Source of the DNA: Haliangiales bacterium
Lineage (GTDB): Bacteria; Myxococcota_A; Polyangia; Haliangiales; Haliangiaceae
Length of the DNA stretch: 21,116 nt
Direction: 5' to 3'
Assembly: GCA_041916575.1 (NCBI GenBank)
Contig: JAYRZI010000002.1
Span: 1-21,116 of the forward strand
The notes beneath the pieces were generated by a model. The model was not told the origin of the DNA, did not search any database, and saw only the letters and a list, made by a program, of their open reading frames with translations. Positions 1 to 9,002 of the stretch are shown here, one piece after another. Within the stretch, counting starts at the first letter, position 1, and every line of letters starts with the position of its first letter. Made by a program: the position numbers and the translations under genes.

Positions 1-2
1 CG

Positions 3-1838
3 GTGACCGACGGCAGCGGCGCGGCCAGCGTGACCGCGACCGCGAGCGCGGTGGCGGGTAGCTACAGCGTGACGGCGACGGTGAGCGGGCTATTGCCGGC
101 GAGCTTCTCTCTGACCAACACGCCGGGATCGCCGGCGACGATCGCGGCGACTGGAGGCGGGGCGCAGAGCGCGGTGGTGACCACGGCGTTCGCGCAGGCG
201 CTGGCGGTGCGGGTGGAGGACGCGCATGGCAACGCGGTGCCGGGGGTGACAGTGACGTTCGCGGCGCCGGGCAGCGGCGCCACGGCGAGCCTGTCTTCGA
301 CGACGGCGGTGACCGACGGCAGCGGCGCGGCCAGCGTGAGCGCGACCGCGAGCGCGGTGGCGGGTAGCTACAGCGTGACGGCGACGGTGAGCGGGCTATT
401 GCCGGCGAGCTTCTCTCTGACCAACACGCCGGGGGCGCCGGCAACGGTCGCCGTCACTGGCGGCGGTACGCAGAGCGCGGTGGTGACCACGGCGTTCGCG
501 CAGGCGCTGGCGGTGCGGGTGGAGGACGCGCATGGCAACGCGGTGCCGGGGGTGACGGTGACGTTCGCGGCGCCGGGCAGCGGCGCCACGGCGAGCCTGT
601 CTTCGACGACGGCGGTGACCGACGGCAGCGGCGCGGCCAGCGTGACCGCGACCGCGAGCGCGGTGGCGGGTAGCTACAGCGTGACGGCGACGGTGAGCGG
701 GCTATTGCCGGCGAGCTTCTCTCTGACCAACACGCCGGGGGCGCCGGCGACGGTCTCCATCACTGGCGGCGGTACGCAGAGCGCGGTGGTGACCACGGCG
801 TTTGCGCAGGCGCTGGCGGTGCGGGTGGAGGACGCGCATGGCAACGCGGTGCCGGGAGTGACGGTGACGTTCGCGGCGCCGGGCAGCGGCGCCACGGCGA
901 GCCTGTCTTTGACGACGGCGGTGACCAGCGGCAGCGGCGCGGCCAGCGTGACCGCGACCGCGAGCGCGGTGGCGGGTAACTACAGCGTGACGGCGACGGT
1001 GAGCGGGCTATTGCCGGCGAGCTTCTCTCTGACCAACACGCCGGGAGCGCCGGCGACGATCGCGGCGACCGGGGGCGGGGCGCAGAGCGCGGTGGTGACC
1101 ACGGCGTTCGCGCAGGCGCTGGCGGTGCGGGTGGAGGACGCGCATGGCAACGCGGTGCCGGGGGCGACGGTGACGTTCGCGGCGCCGGGCAGCGGCGCCA
1201 CGGCGAGCCTGTCTTCGACGACGGCGGTGACCGACGGCAGCGGCGCGGCCAGCGTGACCGCGACCGCGAGCGCGGTGGCGGGTAACTACAGCGTGACGGC
1301 GACGGTGAGTGGAGTGACGCCGGCGAGCTTCTCTCTGACCAACACGCCGGGAGCGCCGGCGACGATCGCGGCGACCGGGGGCGGGGCGCAGAGCGCGGTG
1401 GTGACCACGGCGTTTGCGCAGGCGCTGGCGGTGCGGGTGGAGGACGCGCATGGCAACGTGGTGCCGGGAGTGACGGTGACGTTCGCAGCGCCGGGCAGCG
1501 GCGCCACGGCGAGCCTGTCTTCGACGACGGCGGTGACCAACGGCAGCGGCGCGGCCAGCGTGACCGCGACGGCCAACGCCACCGCGGGCAGCTACAGCGT
1601 GACGGCGACGGTGAGCGGGCTGACGCCTGCGAGCTTCTCTTTGACCAACACACCGGGAGCGCCGGCGACGATCGCTGTGGTCTCTGGCGGCGATCAGCGC
1701 GCCGCGATCGAGACCGCGTTCGCGCAGCCCCTGGTGGTACAGGTGCTCGACGCACACGGCAATCCAGTGCCGGGCGCTGCGGTGAGCTTCACAGCGCCAG
1801 GGACGGGCGCCACCGCCACGGTCAGCGCCAGCGTCACC
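3..1838 (+). repeat. Six head-to-tail copies of a 306-bp (102-codon) unit at ~95-99% nucleotide identity. Copies start at about 3, 309, 615, 921, 1227 and 1533. The following ~8 units (to about 3850) are progressively diverged at both DNA and protein level.
   Basis: Direct comparison of 3..308 with 309..614 shows only about a dozen substitutions. These cluster in the PG(S/A)PAT(I/V)A(A/V)TGGG(A/T)Q segment. The TIAATGGGAQ variant occurs in copies 1, 4 and 5 and the TV(A/S)(V/I)TGGGTQ variant in copies 2 and 3, giving a mosaic pattern. Confidence 0.9.
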
Positions 1839-4800
1839 ACCGATGCGCAGGGCAGGGCCTCGACGGCGGCGACCGCTGGTTCGATCGCGGGCTCGTACTT
1901 GGTGAGCGCCAGCGTCACCGGCGTGCTCACGCCGGCCACGTTCTCGCTCACCAACGATGCAGGCGGGGTGGCCACGCTGTCCATCGTCAGCGGCCACCCG
2001 CAGAGCGCGGTGGTGACCACGGCCTACGCCGCGCCGCTGGTGGTGGTGGTGCGGGATCACGCCAGTAACCCAGTCCCCGGCGCCACGGTGACCTTCGCTG
2101 CGCCGCTCGGCTCGCCCACGGTGACACTGTCGGCGACCAGCGTGGTCACCGACAGCAACGGGCGCGCTCAGGTGGTTGCCACCGCCGACACGCGCAGCGG
2201 CAGCTTCCAGGTGACGGCGCAGGCGAGCGCCGGCGCGCCGGTGGCCTTCGATCTGACCAACCTGGCGGGCGCTCCCGCCACGATCTCTGCGCTGGTCGGC
2301 GGCACTCCGCAGAGCGCTACGGTGCTGACCGGCTTTGAGCAGCCCCTGGCCGTGCTGGTGCAAGACGCCTTCGGCAACCCGGTGCCGGGCGCCACTGTGA
2401 CCTACACGGAGCCGGGCGTCGGTGCCTCGATCGTACTCTCGGAGATCACCGCGCAGACCGATGCCAGCGGCGTGGCCCAGGTGACCGGCACCGCCAACGG
2501 TACCGCCGGGGCCTACCTGGTGAGCGCCCATGTCGCCGGTGTGCTCGATGCAGCGGCGTTCGCGCTCACCAACCTCGCCGGCGCACCAGCGACCGTCGCT
2601 GCGCTAGGCGGCGACGAGCAGGCCACCGAGGTGGATACCGACTTCGCCGAGGCGCTCGAGGTGCAGGTGCTCGATGCGCAGGGCAATCCGGTTCCCGGGG
2701 CGGTGGTCACCTTCTCGGCCGCCACCGGTGCGGTGACCGCGACGCTCTCGGCCAGCACGGTCGCCACCGATAGCGAAGGCCGCGCTCAGGTCGGGGCGCA
2801 CGCCAGCACCACCGCCGGATCGCATCAGGTGACCGCGGTGGTCGTCGGTGCCTCGTCGCCGGCGGTGTTCTCCCTCGAGAACCTGCCGGGGGCGCCGGCG
2901 AGCCTGGTGGTGAGCCCCACCTCGAGCCCGCAGCAGGCGCAGGTCACCACTGCGTATCCGCAGCCGCTGGCGCTCATCGTGCTCGATCGCTTCGGCAACC
3001 CGGTGCCGCAGGTGGCGATCACCTTCACTGCGCCGACCAGCGGCCCCAGCGGCGCGCTCGATGCAGGCACGGCGACCAGCGACGCGCAAGGCCTCGCCGC
3101 GGTGACGATCACCGCCAATCAGCTCGCCGGCGCCTTCGACGTGCTGGCCACCGTCGATGGGGTGACGCTGCCCGCCGTGTTCGCGCTGACCAACCTGCAC
3201 GGCGCCGCTCACACGGTGAGCATCGATGGCGGCAACATGCAGGAGACCATCGTGGACACCGCCTTCGCCGCGCCGCTGGTGGTGCGGGTGACGGACTCCT
3301 TCGGCAACCCGGTGATCGGCGAACCCGTCACCTTCACCGCTCCGATCGCCGGCGCCACCAGCGTGCTGGCCACCGCGAGCGGCACCACCGACTCCAGCGG
3401 GCGCTTCGCCACTACGGCGGTCGCCGGCACCGTGACCGGGGCCTACCAGGTCGAGGCGGTGGCCGCTGGCGGCGGCTCCCCGGTGGAGTTCACGCTCACC
3501 AATCTCGCCGGTGCGCCGGCCTCGATCTCGGTGGTCGGCGGCGGCGGCGCGCAGAGCGCGCAGGTGCTGCATCCCTTTGCCCAGGCGCTCGCGGTGATCG
3601 TGCGCGATGCCTTCGGCAACCCCGTGCCCGGCGCGACGGTGAGGTTCGTGGCCTCGGCGCTGCCCGGCGCTACGCTATCGGCGCCAGACAGCGTCACTGA
3701 CGGCGAAGGTCAGGCCTCAGTGCTGGCGATCGCCGACCGCATGACCGGCAACTATCAGGTGGTGGCCACCGTCGGCGCGCTCGTGGCCACGTTCTCGCTG
3801 ACCAACACCGCCTCCGCGCCTGGTGCGGTGGTGGTCGCGCGCGGCGGCGGTCAGCGCGCGCTGGCCACCGTGGCCTACGCCGAGCCAGTGGTGTTCCAGG
3901 TGCTCGATGCGTACGGCAACCCGGTGTCCGGCGTCGAGCTGCTCATCGAGCTGCCGGTGCATGGCCCCGGCGCCGAGGTGGTGCGAGTGTCCGCGCAGTC
4001 CGATGCTGCGGGCGAGGTCTCGCTCGAGCTGCTGGCCAAGGGCATGGTTGGCACCTTCTCGGTGAGCGCCTCGGCCCCAGGCGCCAGCAGCGCCGCCATG
4101 GCGACCTTGACGGTGGCGCCCATCCCGACCACGGTGACCGCGACCGCGCCCGCGTCGGTGCCGGTGGATCGGCGCGCGCCGCTGGCCATCTCGGTGACCG
4201 GCCAGCTCGGCGTGCCGACCGGCGAGGTCCAGATCTACGACGAGCTCGGCCAGCTCGTGGCCACCGTGGCGTTGACCCGCGGCCTGGCCGAGGTGGAGGT
4301 CGACCTCAGCGCTCGTGGTCAGCGCCGCTTCGTGGTGCGTTACCCGGCGCAGGGCTCCTACGATGGCAGCGACAGCGCCGAGGTGGTGGTGACCGCCTCC
4401 GACGACGCCGGCACGCTGTCGGGTAGCGGCTGCCAGAGCGGCGCTGGCGGCGGCGGCTGGTTGCTCGTGGGCTGGCTCTTGCTGTGGGCGGCGCGGCTGC
4501 GCGATCGGCGCTCGGGCCTGTCGCTGGGGATCGTGCTCGGCGTGCTCGGCGCCGCCGGGGTGGCGCGGGCGCAGTCGGAGACCCGCGCGGTCAATCGCTA
4601 CCACGCGCCAGCAGCCGACAGCGAGTGGCTGGCCGCGGACTCGCTGTCCTACGGCGACACCTTCGGCGTGGCGCTGGCGCAGACCTGGGACTACGCGCGC
4701 CGGCCGCTGGTGGTGTACGAGGACGATGGCACCATCCGCTCGGTCCCCGTCGAGAATTCGCTGGTGGTGCACACCAGCGCTGCGGTGGCGCTCGGCCGCG

Positions 4801-5390
4801 GCCTGCGCGTCGCGGTGGCGGTGCCGATGGCCGTGTACCAAAACGGCGACGACGCCGTGTTCAACGGCGAGATGCTGCCTGGCCCCAAGTACGCCTTTGG
4901 CGATCTCCAGCTCGCCGCCGACCTGCGCCTGCGCGGCCAGCCAGGAGCGCCGCTGCGCGCGGCGGTCGGCCTGCGCCTTGCCACCCCGACCGGCTCGCGC
5001 TCGCACTTCATGAGCGATAGCCGCTGGGGCGTGGAGCCGCGGGCCTTCGTGGCCAGCACGCGCGGGCCGCTCGAGCTCGGGGCCGAGCTGTCGATGCTCT
5101 TGCGTCGGCGCACCGAGCTGGCCGGGCAGAGCCACGGCAGTGAGCTGCGCTTCATCGGCAGCGCTGGCGTGCGCGTGGCCCAGCGTCGAGTGCTGGTGGG
5201 CGCCGAGCTGGTCGGCGCCACCTCGCTGGTCTCGGACACCGCTACCGGCACACCGATCGAGCTCGGGGTGTCGGCGCGCACCACGCTGGCACACCATGTG
5301 GTGCTCGGCCTCGGCGGCACGCTAGGTCTGGTGCAGGCGGTGGGGACGCCGGACTATCGCTGGATCCTGTCCGCCTCTTGGACGCCGTGA
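3..5390 (+). CDS. Giant surface protein, 5'-partial (no start codon in window, ORF opens at the edge). It has at least 14 tandem ~102-aa bacterial Ig-like (Big_1 / invasin-intimin type) domains, then a MYXO-CTERM-like Cys/Gly-rich hydrophobic Arg-rich segment, then, still in frame, a signal-peptide-like stretch and a ~270-aa C-terminal module with beta-barrel-like amphipathic strands. The stop TGA is at 5388..5390.
   Basis: A single 1795-aa ORF with strong GC3 bias. The unit xGGxQSAxVxTAFAQ(A/P)LxVxVxDAxGNPVPGxxVTFxAPxxGATxxL...TDxxGxAxVxxTAxxxAGxYxVxAxV...F(S/A)LTN recurs at least 14 times. The protein ends ...GSGCQSGAGGGGWLLVGWLLLWAARLRDRR (4422..4511), then SGLSLGIVLGVLGAAGVARA|QSE, then alternating hydrophobic/polar strands to the end. 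All overlapping minus-strand ORFs are Arg/Pro/Ala-rich artefacts. Confidence 0.85.
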   Translation: MTDGSGAASVTATASAVAGSYSVTATVSGLLPASFSLTNTPGSPATIAATGGGAQSAVVTTAFAQALAVRVEDAHGNAVPGVTVTFAAPGSGATASLSSTTAVTDGSGAASVSATASAVAGSYSVTATVSGLLPASFSLTNTPGAPATVAVTGGGTQSAVVTTAFAQALAVRVEDAHGNAVPGVTVTFAAPGSGATASLSSTTAVTDGSGAASVTATASAVAGSYSVTATVSGLLPASFSLTNTPGAPATVSITGGGTQSAVVTTAFAQALAVRVEDAHGNAVPGVTVTFAAPGSGATASLSLTTAVTSGSGAASVTATASAVAGNYSVTATVSGLLPASFSLTNTPGAPATIAATGGGAQSAVVTTAFAQALAVRVEDAHGNAVPGATVTFAAPGSGATASLSSTTAVTDGSGAASVTATASAVAGNYSVTATVSGVTPASFSLTNTPGAPATIAATGGGAQSAVVTTAFAQALAVRVEDAHGNVVPGVTVTFAAPGSGATASLSSTTAVTNGSGAASVTATANATAGSYSVTATVSGLTPASFSLTNTPGAPATIAVVSGGDQRAAIETAFAQPLVVQVLDAHGNPVPGAAVSFTAPGTGATATVSASVTTDAQGRASTAATAGSIAGSYLVSASVTGVLTPATFSLTNDAGGVATLSIVSGHPQSAVVTTAYAAPLVVVVRDHASNPVPGATVTFAAPLGSPTVTLSATSVVTDSNGRAQVVATADTRSGSFQVTAQASAGAPVAFDLTNLAGAPATISALVGGTPQSATVLTGFEQPLAVLVQDAFGNPVPGATVTYTEPGVGASIVLSEITAQTDASGVAQVTGTANGTAGAYLVSAHVAGVLDAAAFALTNLAGAPATVAALGGDEQATEVDTDFAEALEVQVLDAQGNPVPGAVVTFSAATGAVTATLSASTVATDSEGRAQVGAHASTTAGSHQVTAVVVGASSPAVFSLENLPGAPASLVVSPTSSPQQAQVTTAYPQPLALIVLDRFGNPVPQVAITFTAPTSGPSGALDAGTATSDAQGLAAVTITANQLAGAFDVLATVDGVTLPAVFALTNLHGAAHTVSIDGGNMQETIVDTAFAAPLVVRVTDSFGNPVIGEPVTFTAPIAGATSVLATASGTTDSSGRFATTAVAGTVTGAYQVEAVAAGGGSPVEFTLTNLAGAPASISVVGGGGAQSAQVLHPFAQALAVIVRDAFGNPVPGATVRFVASALPGATLSAPDSVTDGEGQASVLAIADRMTGNYQVVATVGALVATFSLTNTASAPGAVVVARGGGQRALATVAYAEPVVFQVLDAYGNPVSGVELLIELPVHGPGAEVVRVSAQSDAAGEVSLELLAKGMVGTFSVSASAPGASSAAMATLTVAPIPTTVTATAPASVPVDRRAPLAISVTGQLGVPTGEVQIYDELGQLVATVALTRGLAEVEVDLSARGQRRFVVRYPAQGSYDGSDSAEVVVTASDDAGTLSGSGCQSGAGGGGWLLVGWLLLWAARLRDRRSGLSLGIVLGVLGAAGVARAQSETRAVNRYHAPAADSEWLAADSLSYGDTFGVALAQTWDYARRPLVVYEDDGTIRSVPVENSLVVHTSAAVALGRGLRVAVAVPMAVYQNGDDAVFNGEMLPGPKYAFGDLQLAADLRLRGQPGAPLRAAVGLRLATPTGSRSHFMSDSRWGVEPRAFVASTRGPLELGAELSMLLRRRTELAGQSHGSELRFIGSAGVRVAQRRVLVGAELVGATSLVSDTATGTPIELGVSARTTLAHHVVLGLGGTLGLVQAVGTPDYRWILSASWTP

Positions 5391-5430
5391 ACCGCGCCGC
5401 GCGACAGCAACGTCACGCTCGCGTGCGCGC

Positions 5431-6993
5431 CTAGTTGTGGCGCGCGCCAGCAGTCAGGGCCAGCGCCGCGCACTCGCCGAAGGCCACGCAGCGCAGATCG
5501 AGCACGCGCGCCGGCAAGAACACGTTGTTCATCGCCGCCGAGCGCTGGAACGAGCGCACCGGCTGGCCGAAGGCATCGGGCGCCGCGGTGGCCGCGCCCG
5601 GCGTCTCGTTGACGTGCACGAACCCAGCCGAGGGTGGCCACACCAGGCCGCCGCCGAGGTTGTCGTTGTTCGAGTGCTGGTGGCAGCCGCCGCAAGACAT
5701 CGCGGTGGCGCGGTTCATCACGTTGGCCGGGGTCAGCGTGGAGCCCAGCGTGGTCAGGCGCCCTTGCACCGCGATGTTGAGCGCCGGCGTGGCGAACAGG
5801 TTGTAGTCGTTCGAGAACTGGGTCACGTCGCCGGTCGGGCCCTCGATGGCGCCGGTCTGCGAGTCGCTCTGGCCGGCGCCGAAGGCCGGGTTGTCGTCGA
5901 GCGTGAACTTGTTGAGGTCGTTGATGATGAGCTTGTCGACCTGGCTCACGAACCAGGTGGAGAAGGCGTCGCTGCCGGTGGCCGCCGAGAACGCGCCCGG
6001 CCACGGGTTGGCCTTGACGTATTCGGGGCGCAGGAACAAGCGGCCGGTGCTCGAGAGCTGCGTCTTGAACTCGCGCAAGTTCCAGCGCGCCTCGTTGGGG
6101 CCGTTCATGAAGCCGTTGGTGCGAACCTGGCCGCGCACCGCGCCCAGGTTCTGGAAGTGCATCACCGGCTGGGTGGTCACCACCACGCCGTCGGAGTAGG
6201 TCAGGGACACGCCGGTGTAGTAGAACGCGGCCAGCGTGCTGCGCGCGCTCGCCGCCGTCACCGCCGGATCGCTCAGGCCGGCCCACAGATCGGCGATGGG
6301 CTGGCAGCCGGCGGCGCCCAGCGCGGGCCGCGGGTTGGGCAGCGCGGCCTCGAAGATGACCAGCGCGCGCCCGGTCGGCGCTACAGGCAAGGCATCCTTG
6401 CGGCCGTAGATGATGCGGAACTCGCCGCACGTGGTGCCCGCGGCGTCGCGCAGGTCGAGCCGGTTGACCAGCGCGATCGGGTAGAAGTACGCCGGCGAGA
6501 CCGGGGTCAAAAGATCGGTGCCGACCAGAGCCATCGAGCCCTCGTTGCGCGGGCACTGGATCGGGAAGCCGTTGATGAGGCCGTGGCCCGCTCCGTCGAC
6601 CACGTCGTCGCACTGCGGCAGGCTGGTGCCGAGCCCGGTCCCGGCGTTGGTGTTGTGGGTATCCCAGAGCTGGCGCGCCAACACGTTCATCGGGCTCTCT
6701 CCGGGCGCGGTGGTGGGCATGCCGGCGGTGGAGAGCATGGTGGCGAGCGTGCGCCGCAGCGAGAACGTGGACTCACCCGTCGCCGAGCAATCGGTGAGGC
6801 CGGCGACGCCGGTGAGACACGGCTGGAGCACCGAGCTGGCGGTGATGGCCAGCGAGCGCGCCGCGTTGGTCGGGATCGCCGGCGAAGCCTTGGCGGTCAG
6901 CTCCGAGAGCTCGGGCTCCTCGGGAGCCAGGGTGCAGGCGCCGGCCAAGAGCACGGAGCCGAGAACGGGAACCAGGGAGTGAATGTTGCGCAT
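5431..6993 (-). CDS. Predicted lipoprotein of 520 aa with a single CXXCH motif (SCGGCHQH) near the C-terminus. Function unknown; possibly a mono-heme c-type cytochrome-like or redox lipoprotein.
   Basis: The ATG at 6991..6993 (complement) is preceded by GGAAGAAGAGG (a Shine-Dalgarno-like site). The N-terminus MRNIHSLVPVLGSVLLAGAC is a lipoprotein signal peptide with an L-A-G-C lipobox. Amino-acid composition is diverse (N, F, Y, Q, T-rich), whereas the overlapping plus ORF 5437..7065 is an Arg/Gly/Ala artefact. The track ORF extends upstream to 7281, but those 96 residues are Arg/Trp-rich and unlikely to be real. Confidence 0.7.
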   Translation of the reverse strand: MRNIHSLVPVLGSVLLAGACTLAPEEPELSELTAKASPAIPTNAARSLAITASSVLQPCLTGVAGLTDCSATGESTFSLRRTLATMLSTAGMPTTAPGESPMNVLARQLWDTHNTNAGTGLGTSLPQCDDVVDGAGHGLINGFPIQCPRNEGSMALVGTDLLTPVSPAYFYPIALVNRLDLRDAAGTTCGEFRIIYGRKDALPVAPTGRALVIFEAALPNPRPALGAAGCQPIADLWAGLSDPAVTAASARSTLAAFYYTGVSLTYSDGVVVTTQPVMHFQNLGAVRGQVRTNGFMNGPNEARWNLREFKTQLSSTGRLFLRPEYVKANPWPGAFSAATGSDAFSTWFVSQVDKLIINDLNKFTLDDNPAFGAGQSDSQTGAIEGPTGDVTQFSNDYNLFATPALNIAVQGRLTTLGSTLTPANVMNRATAMSCGGCHQHSNNDNLGGGLVWPPSAGFVHVNETPGAATAAPDAFGQPVRSFQRSAAMNNVFLPARVLDLRCVAFGECAALALTAGARHN

Positions 6994-7225
6994 GTACCTC
7001 TTCTTCCAACCCGCAACTGCTGTCGGGTGAGAGTTGCAAGAGCAAGCCACATGCCTCTTCCCTAACTGCAGGAGCCGCCACGACTCGGCGCTCGAGGCTG
7101 GTACGTCGATCTCCCAAAGCGTCACGAGATGGCGTGTTCGCGTGGACCGCCAGGTACCGCCTGCGTGCGCCAGGCTACGCGAACGGCCTCGCCGGTCATC
7201 CAACAGCCACAGCGTCGGCGATCGG

Positions 7226-8893
7226 TCAGGCGGCCACCACTGCCTTGGGCAGCGCGCCGTCGCGACGGGCGCGTAGCGCATCGATCACCATGACGGCGGC
7301 CAGGGCCAGTAGCACTACCGAGACCAGGCCGTTGGTCCAAGGCGGCGTGCCGAAGCTGGCAGAGACGAGCTGGCGCGCTTGCAGGACCAGCGAGGTCACG
7401 GTCACCGCGAACACGCCGAGCATCGGGTAGAACGTGTACCAGGTGCGGCGGCCCTGGCGCTTCATCCACACGGTCACCGCCAAGAGCGACAGCGCGGCCA
7501 GGAGCTGATTGGACGAGCCGAACAAGGTCCAAAACAGCCGGAACGAGCCGCTCTCGGTGGCCAGCAAGAACAAGAGGGGCACGCCGCAAGTAGCGGCGGT
7601 GGCGAGCGCCGCCGAGGTCATCCCGCGCGTGCCGGTGAGCTCTTGCAAGATGTAGCGACCCAGCCGCGTCGCCGAGTCGAGCGTATCGAAGATGAAGGTA
7701 GAGAGCGCCATCGCGCCGAAGGTGGCGGCGACCAGCGGCGCCATGCCAAAGAGCTGGTTGAGGAACGCGCCGATGCCCAGCGCGTACACCGCGCCCGGCG
7801 CCTTGCCGGCGGTGTCGGCCGGCGCGACGATCATGATCGTCGCCAGCGCGATGAGCGCCACGAAGCCCTCGAGCAGCATGGCGCCGTAGCCGATGGGGTG
7901 GCAGTGGCGCTCGCGATCGATCTGCTTGGAGGTGGTGCCCGAGCACACCAGGCCGTGGAAGCCGGAGCACGCGCCGCACGCGATGGTCACGAACAGAAAC
8001 GGAAACAGCGTGCCGCCGGGCGAGGAGAAGCCCAGAAACGCCGGCTGCTTGATCTCGAAGCCGCCGAGGAAGATGCCGAGCGTGCCCACCGCCAGCGCCG
8101 CGTACAGCACGAAGCCACCGAGGTAGCCGCGCGGCTGCATGAGCAGCCACATCGGCGAGATCGAGGCGACGAAGCAGTAGCCGATGATGAGCACCACCCA
8201 CACCTTCCAGCTCGCCAAGAGCACGGTGGAGAGCTCGGTGCCGAGCCACACTGCGCCGAAGGTGGCCGGCACGAAGATCACCGTGAGGAGCCACAGCGGT
8301 GGGTTCCACAGCCGGGTGACCAGGCCCATCACCACCGCCAGCCCCAGGTAGAGCAGGCTCGCCATTGCCACCGCGCCGCCCTGGTTGAAGCGAAAGGTCA
8401 GGCCCGCGGCCTCGGCGTCGCCCGAGACGAAGGTGCCGGCGGTGATATCGACGAAGGCGACGATCACGTAGACCAGCGCCATCCAGATGAACGCCAGGAT
8501 GGCGAGCCAGGCGCGCCGGCCCAGGTTGGCCTTGACCACCTCGGCCACCGTCATCGCGTCGTGCCGCACCGAGGCCACCAGCGTGGTGAAGTCGTGGACC
8601 GCTCCGATGAACACCACCCCCAGGCCGATCCACAAGATCGCCGGCAGCCAGCCGAACTGCTGGCAGGCCAGGATCGGCCCGACGATGGGGCCGGCCGCGG
8701 CGATGGCGCTGAAGTGCTGGCCGAACAGGTAGAACGGCCGGGTCGGGACGAAGTCGATCCCGTCTTGGCGGCGGTGCGCCGGGGTATCCGGGCTATCTCC
8801 GAGCTGGTACTGGCGTGCGACGAAGCCGCCGTAGTACCGGTAGCCCAGGGCCAAAGTCACCAGCACCGCGATCGCGAGCAGCGGCAGGGTCAT
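7226..8893 (-). CDS. cstA: Carbon starvation protein A (CstA family peptide/pyruvate transporter), 555 aa, polytopic membrane protein.
   Basis: Conserved CstA N-terminal block GQHFSAIAAAGPIVGPILACQQFGWLPAILWIGLGVVFIGAVHDF. The internal motif ACGACSGFHGLVCSGTTSKQ is present. There are many TM segments, and the ATG is at 8891..8893 (complement). Confidence 0.9.
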   Translation of the reverse strand: MTLPLLAIAVLVTLALGYRYYGGFVARQYQLGDSPDTPAHRRQDGIDFVPTRPFYLFGQHFSAIAAAGPIVGPILACQQFGWLPAILWIGLGVVFIGAVHDFTTLVASVRHDAMTVAEVVKANLGRRAWLAILAFIWMALVYVIVAFVDITAGTFVSGDAEAAGLTFRFNQGGAVAMASLLYLGLAVVMGLVTRLWNPPLWLLTVIFVPATFGAVWLGTELSTVLLASWKVWVVLIIGYCFVASISPMWLLMQPRGYLGGFVLYAALAVGTLGIFLGGFEIKQPAFLGFSSPGGTLFPFLFVTIACGACSGFHGLVCSGTTSKQIDRERHCHPIGYGAMLLEGFVALIALATIMIVAPADTAGKAPGAVYALGIGAFLNQLFGMAPLVAATFGAMALSTFIFDTLDSATRLGRYILQELTGTRGMTSAALATAATCGVPLLFLLATESGSFRLFWTLFGSSNQLLAALSLLAVTVWMKRQGRRTWYTFYPMLGVFAVTVTSLVLQARQLVSASFGTPPWTNGLVSVVLLALAAVMVIDALRARRDGALPKAVVAA

Positions 8894-9002
8894 GGCCGCG
8901 AGCCTACCGCAAGGCCCGCTGGCCGGGGCGGTGCCGGGCCGCCGTCATCTCCTGTGAAGCCGCCGACAGCGGGCGCGCCGATCGTGCTAGGGTGCGCGCC
9001 TT

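Noticed and set aside
62-2531. Several minus-strand ORFs (73-aa copies at 62, 368, 674 and 980; 331 aa at 760..1755; 507 aa at 1008..2531) inside the Ig-repeat gene.
   Set aside because: They are repeated only because the underlying DNA is a tandem repeat. Their compositions are Pro/Arg/Ser- or Arg/Gly-rich and they are antisense to a strongly coding frame.
3717-5297. 526-aa minus ORF antisense to the 3' part of the adhesin gene. Also the plus ORFs 3823..4065 and 4484..5020.
   Set aside because: They show Arg/His/Gly/Ala-rich low-complexity translations. The plus ones are alternative frames of the same coding DNA.
5399-5430. Imperfect inverted repeat (GCGCGAC...GTCACGC..GCGTGCGCGC) between the adhesin stop and the lipoprotein stop.
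   Set aside because: The stem is interrupted and there is no U-tract. It is not distinguishable from background GC-rich sequence.
5354-6613. 419-aa minus-strand ORF in a second frame over the same region.
   Set aside because: It is Arg/Pro-rich low complexity. It is out of frame with the convincing lipoprotein CDS.
5437-7065. 542-aa plus-strand ORF overlapping the lipoprotein gene.
   Set aside because: It is extremely Arg/Gly/Ala/His-rich, with no signal or domain features. This is a typical antisense-frame artefact in high-GC DNA. The opposite strand has a lipoprotein signal peptide, an RBS and normal composition.
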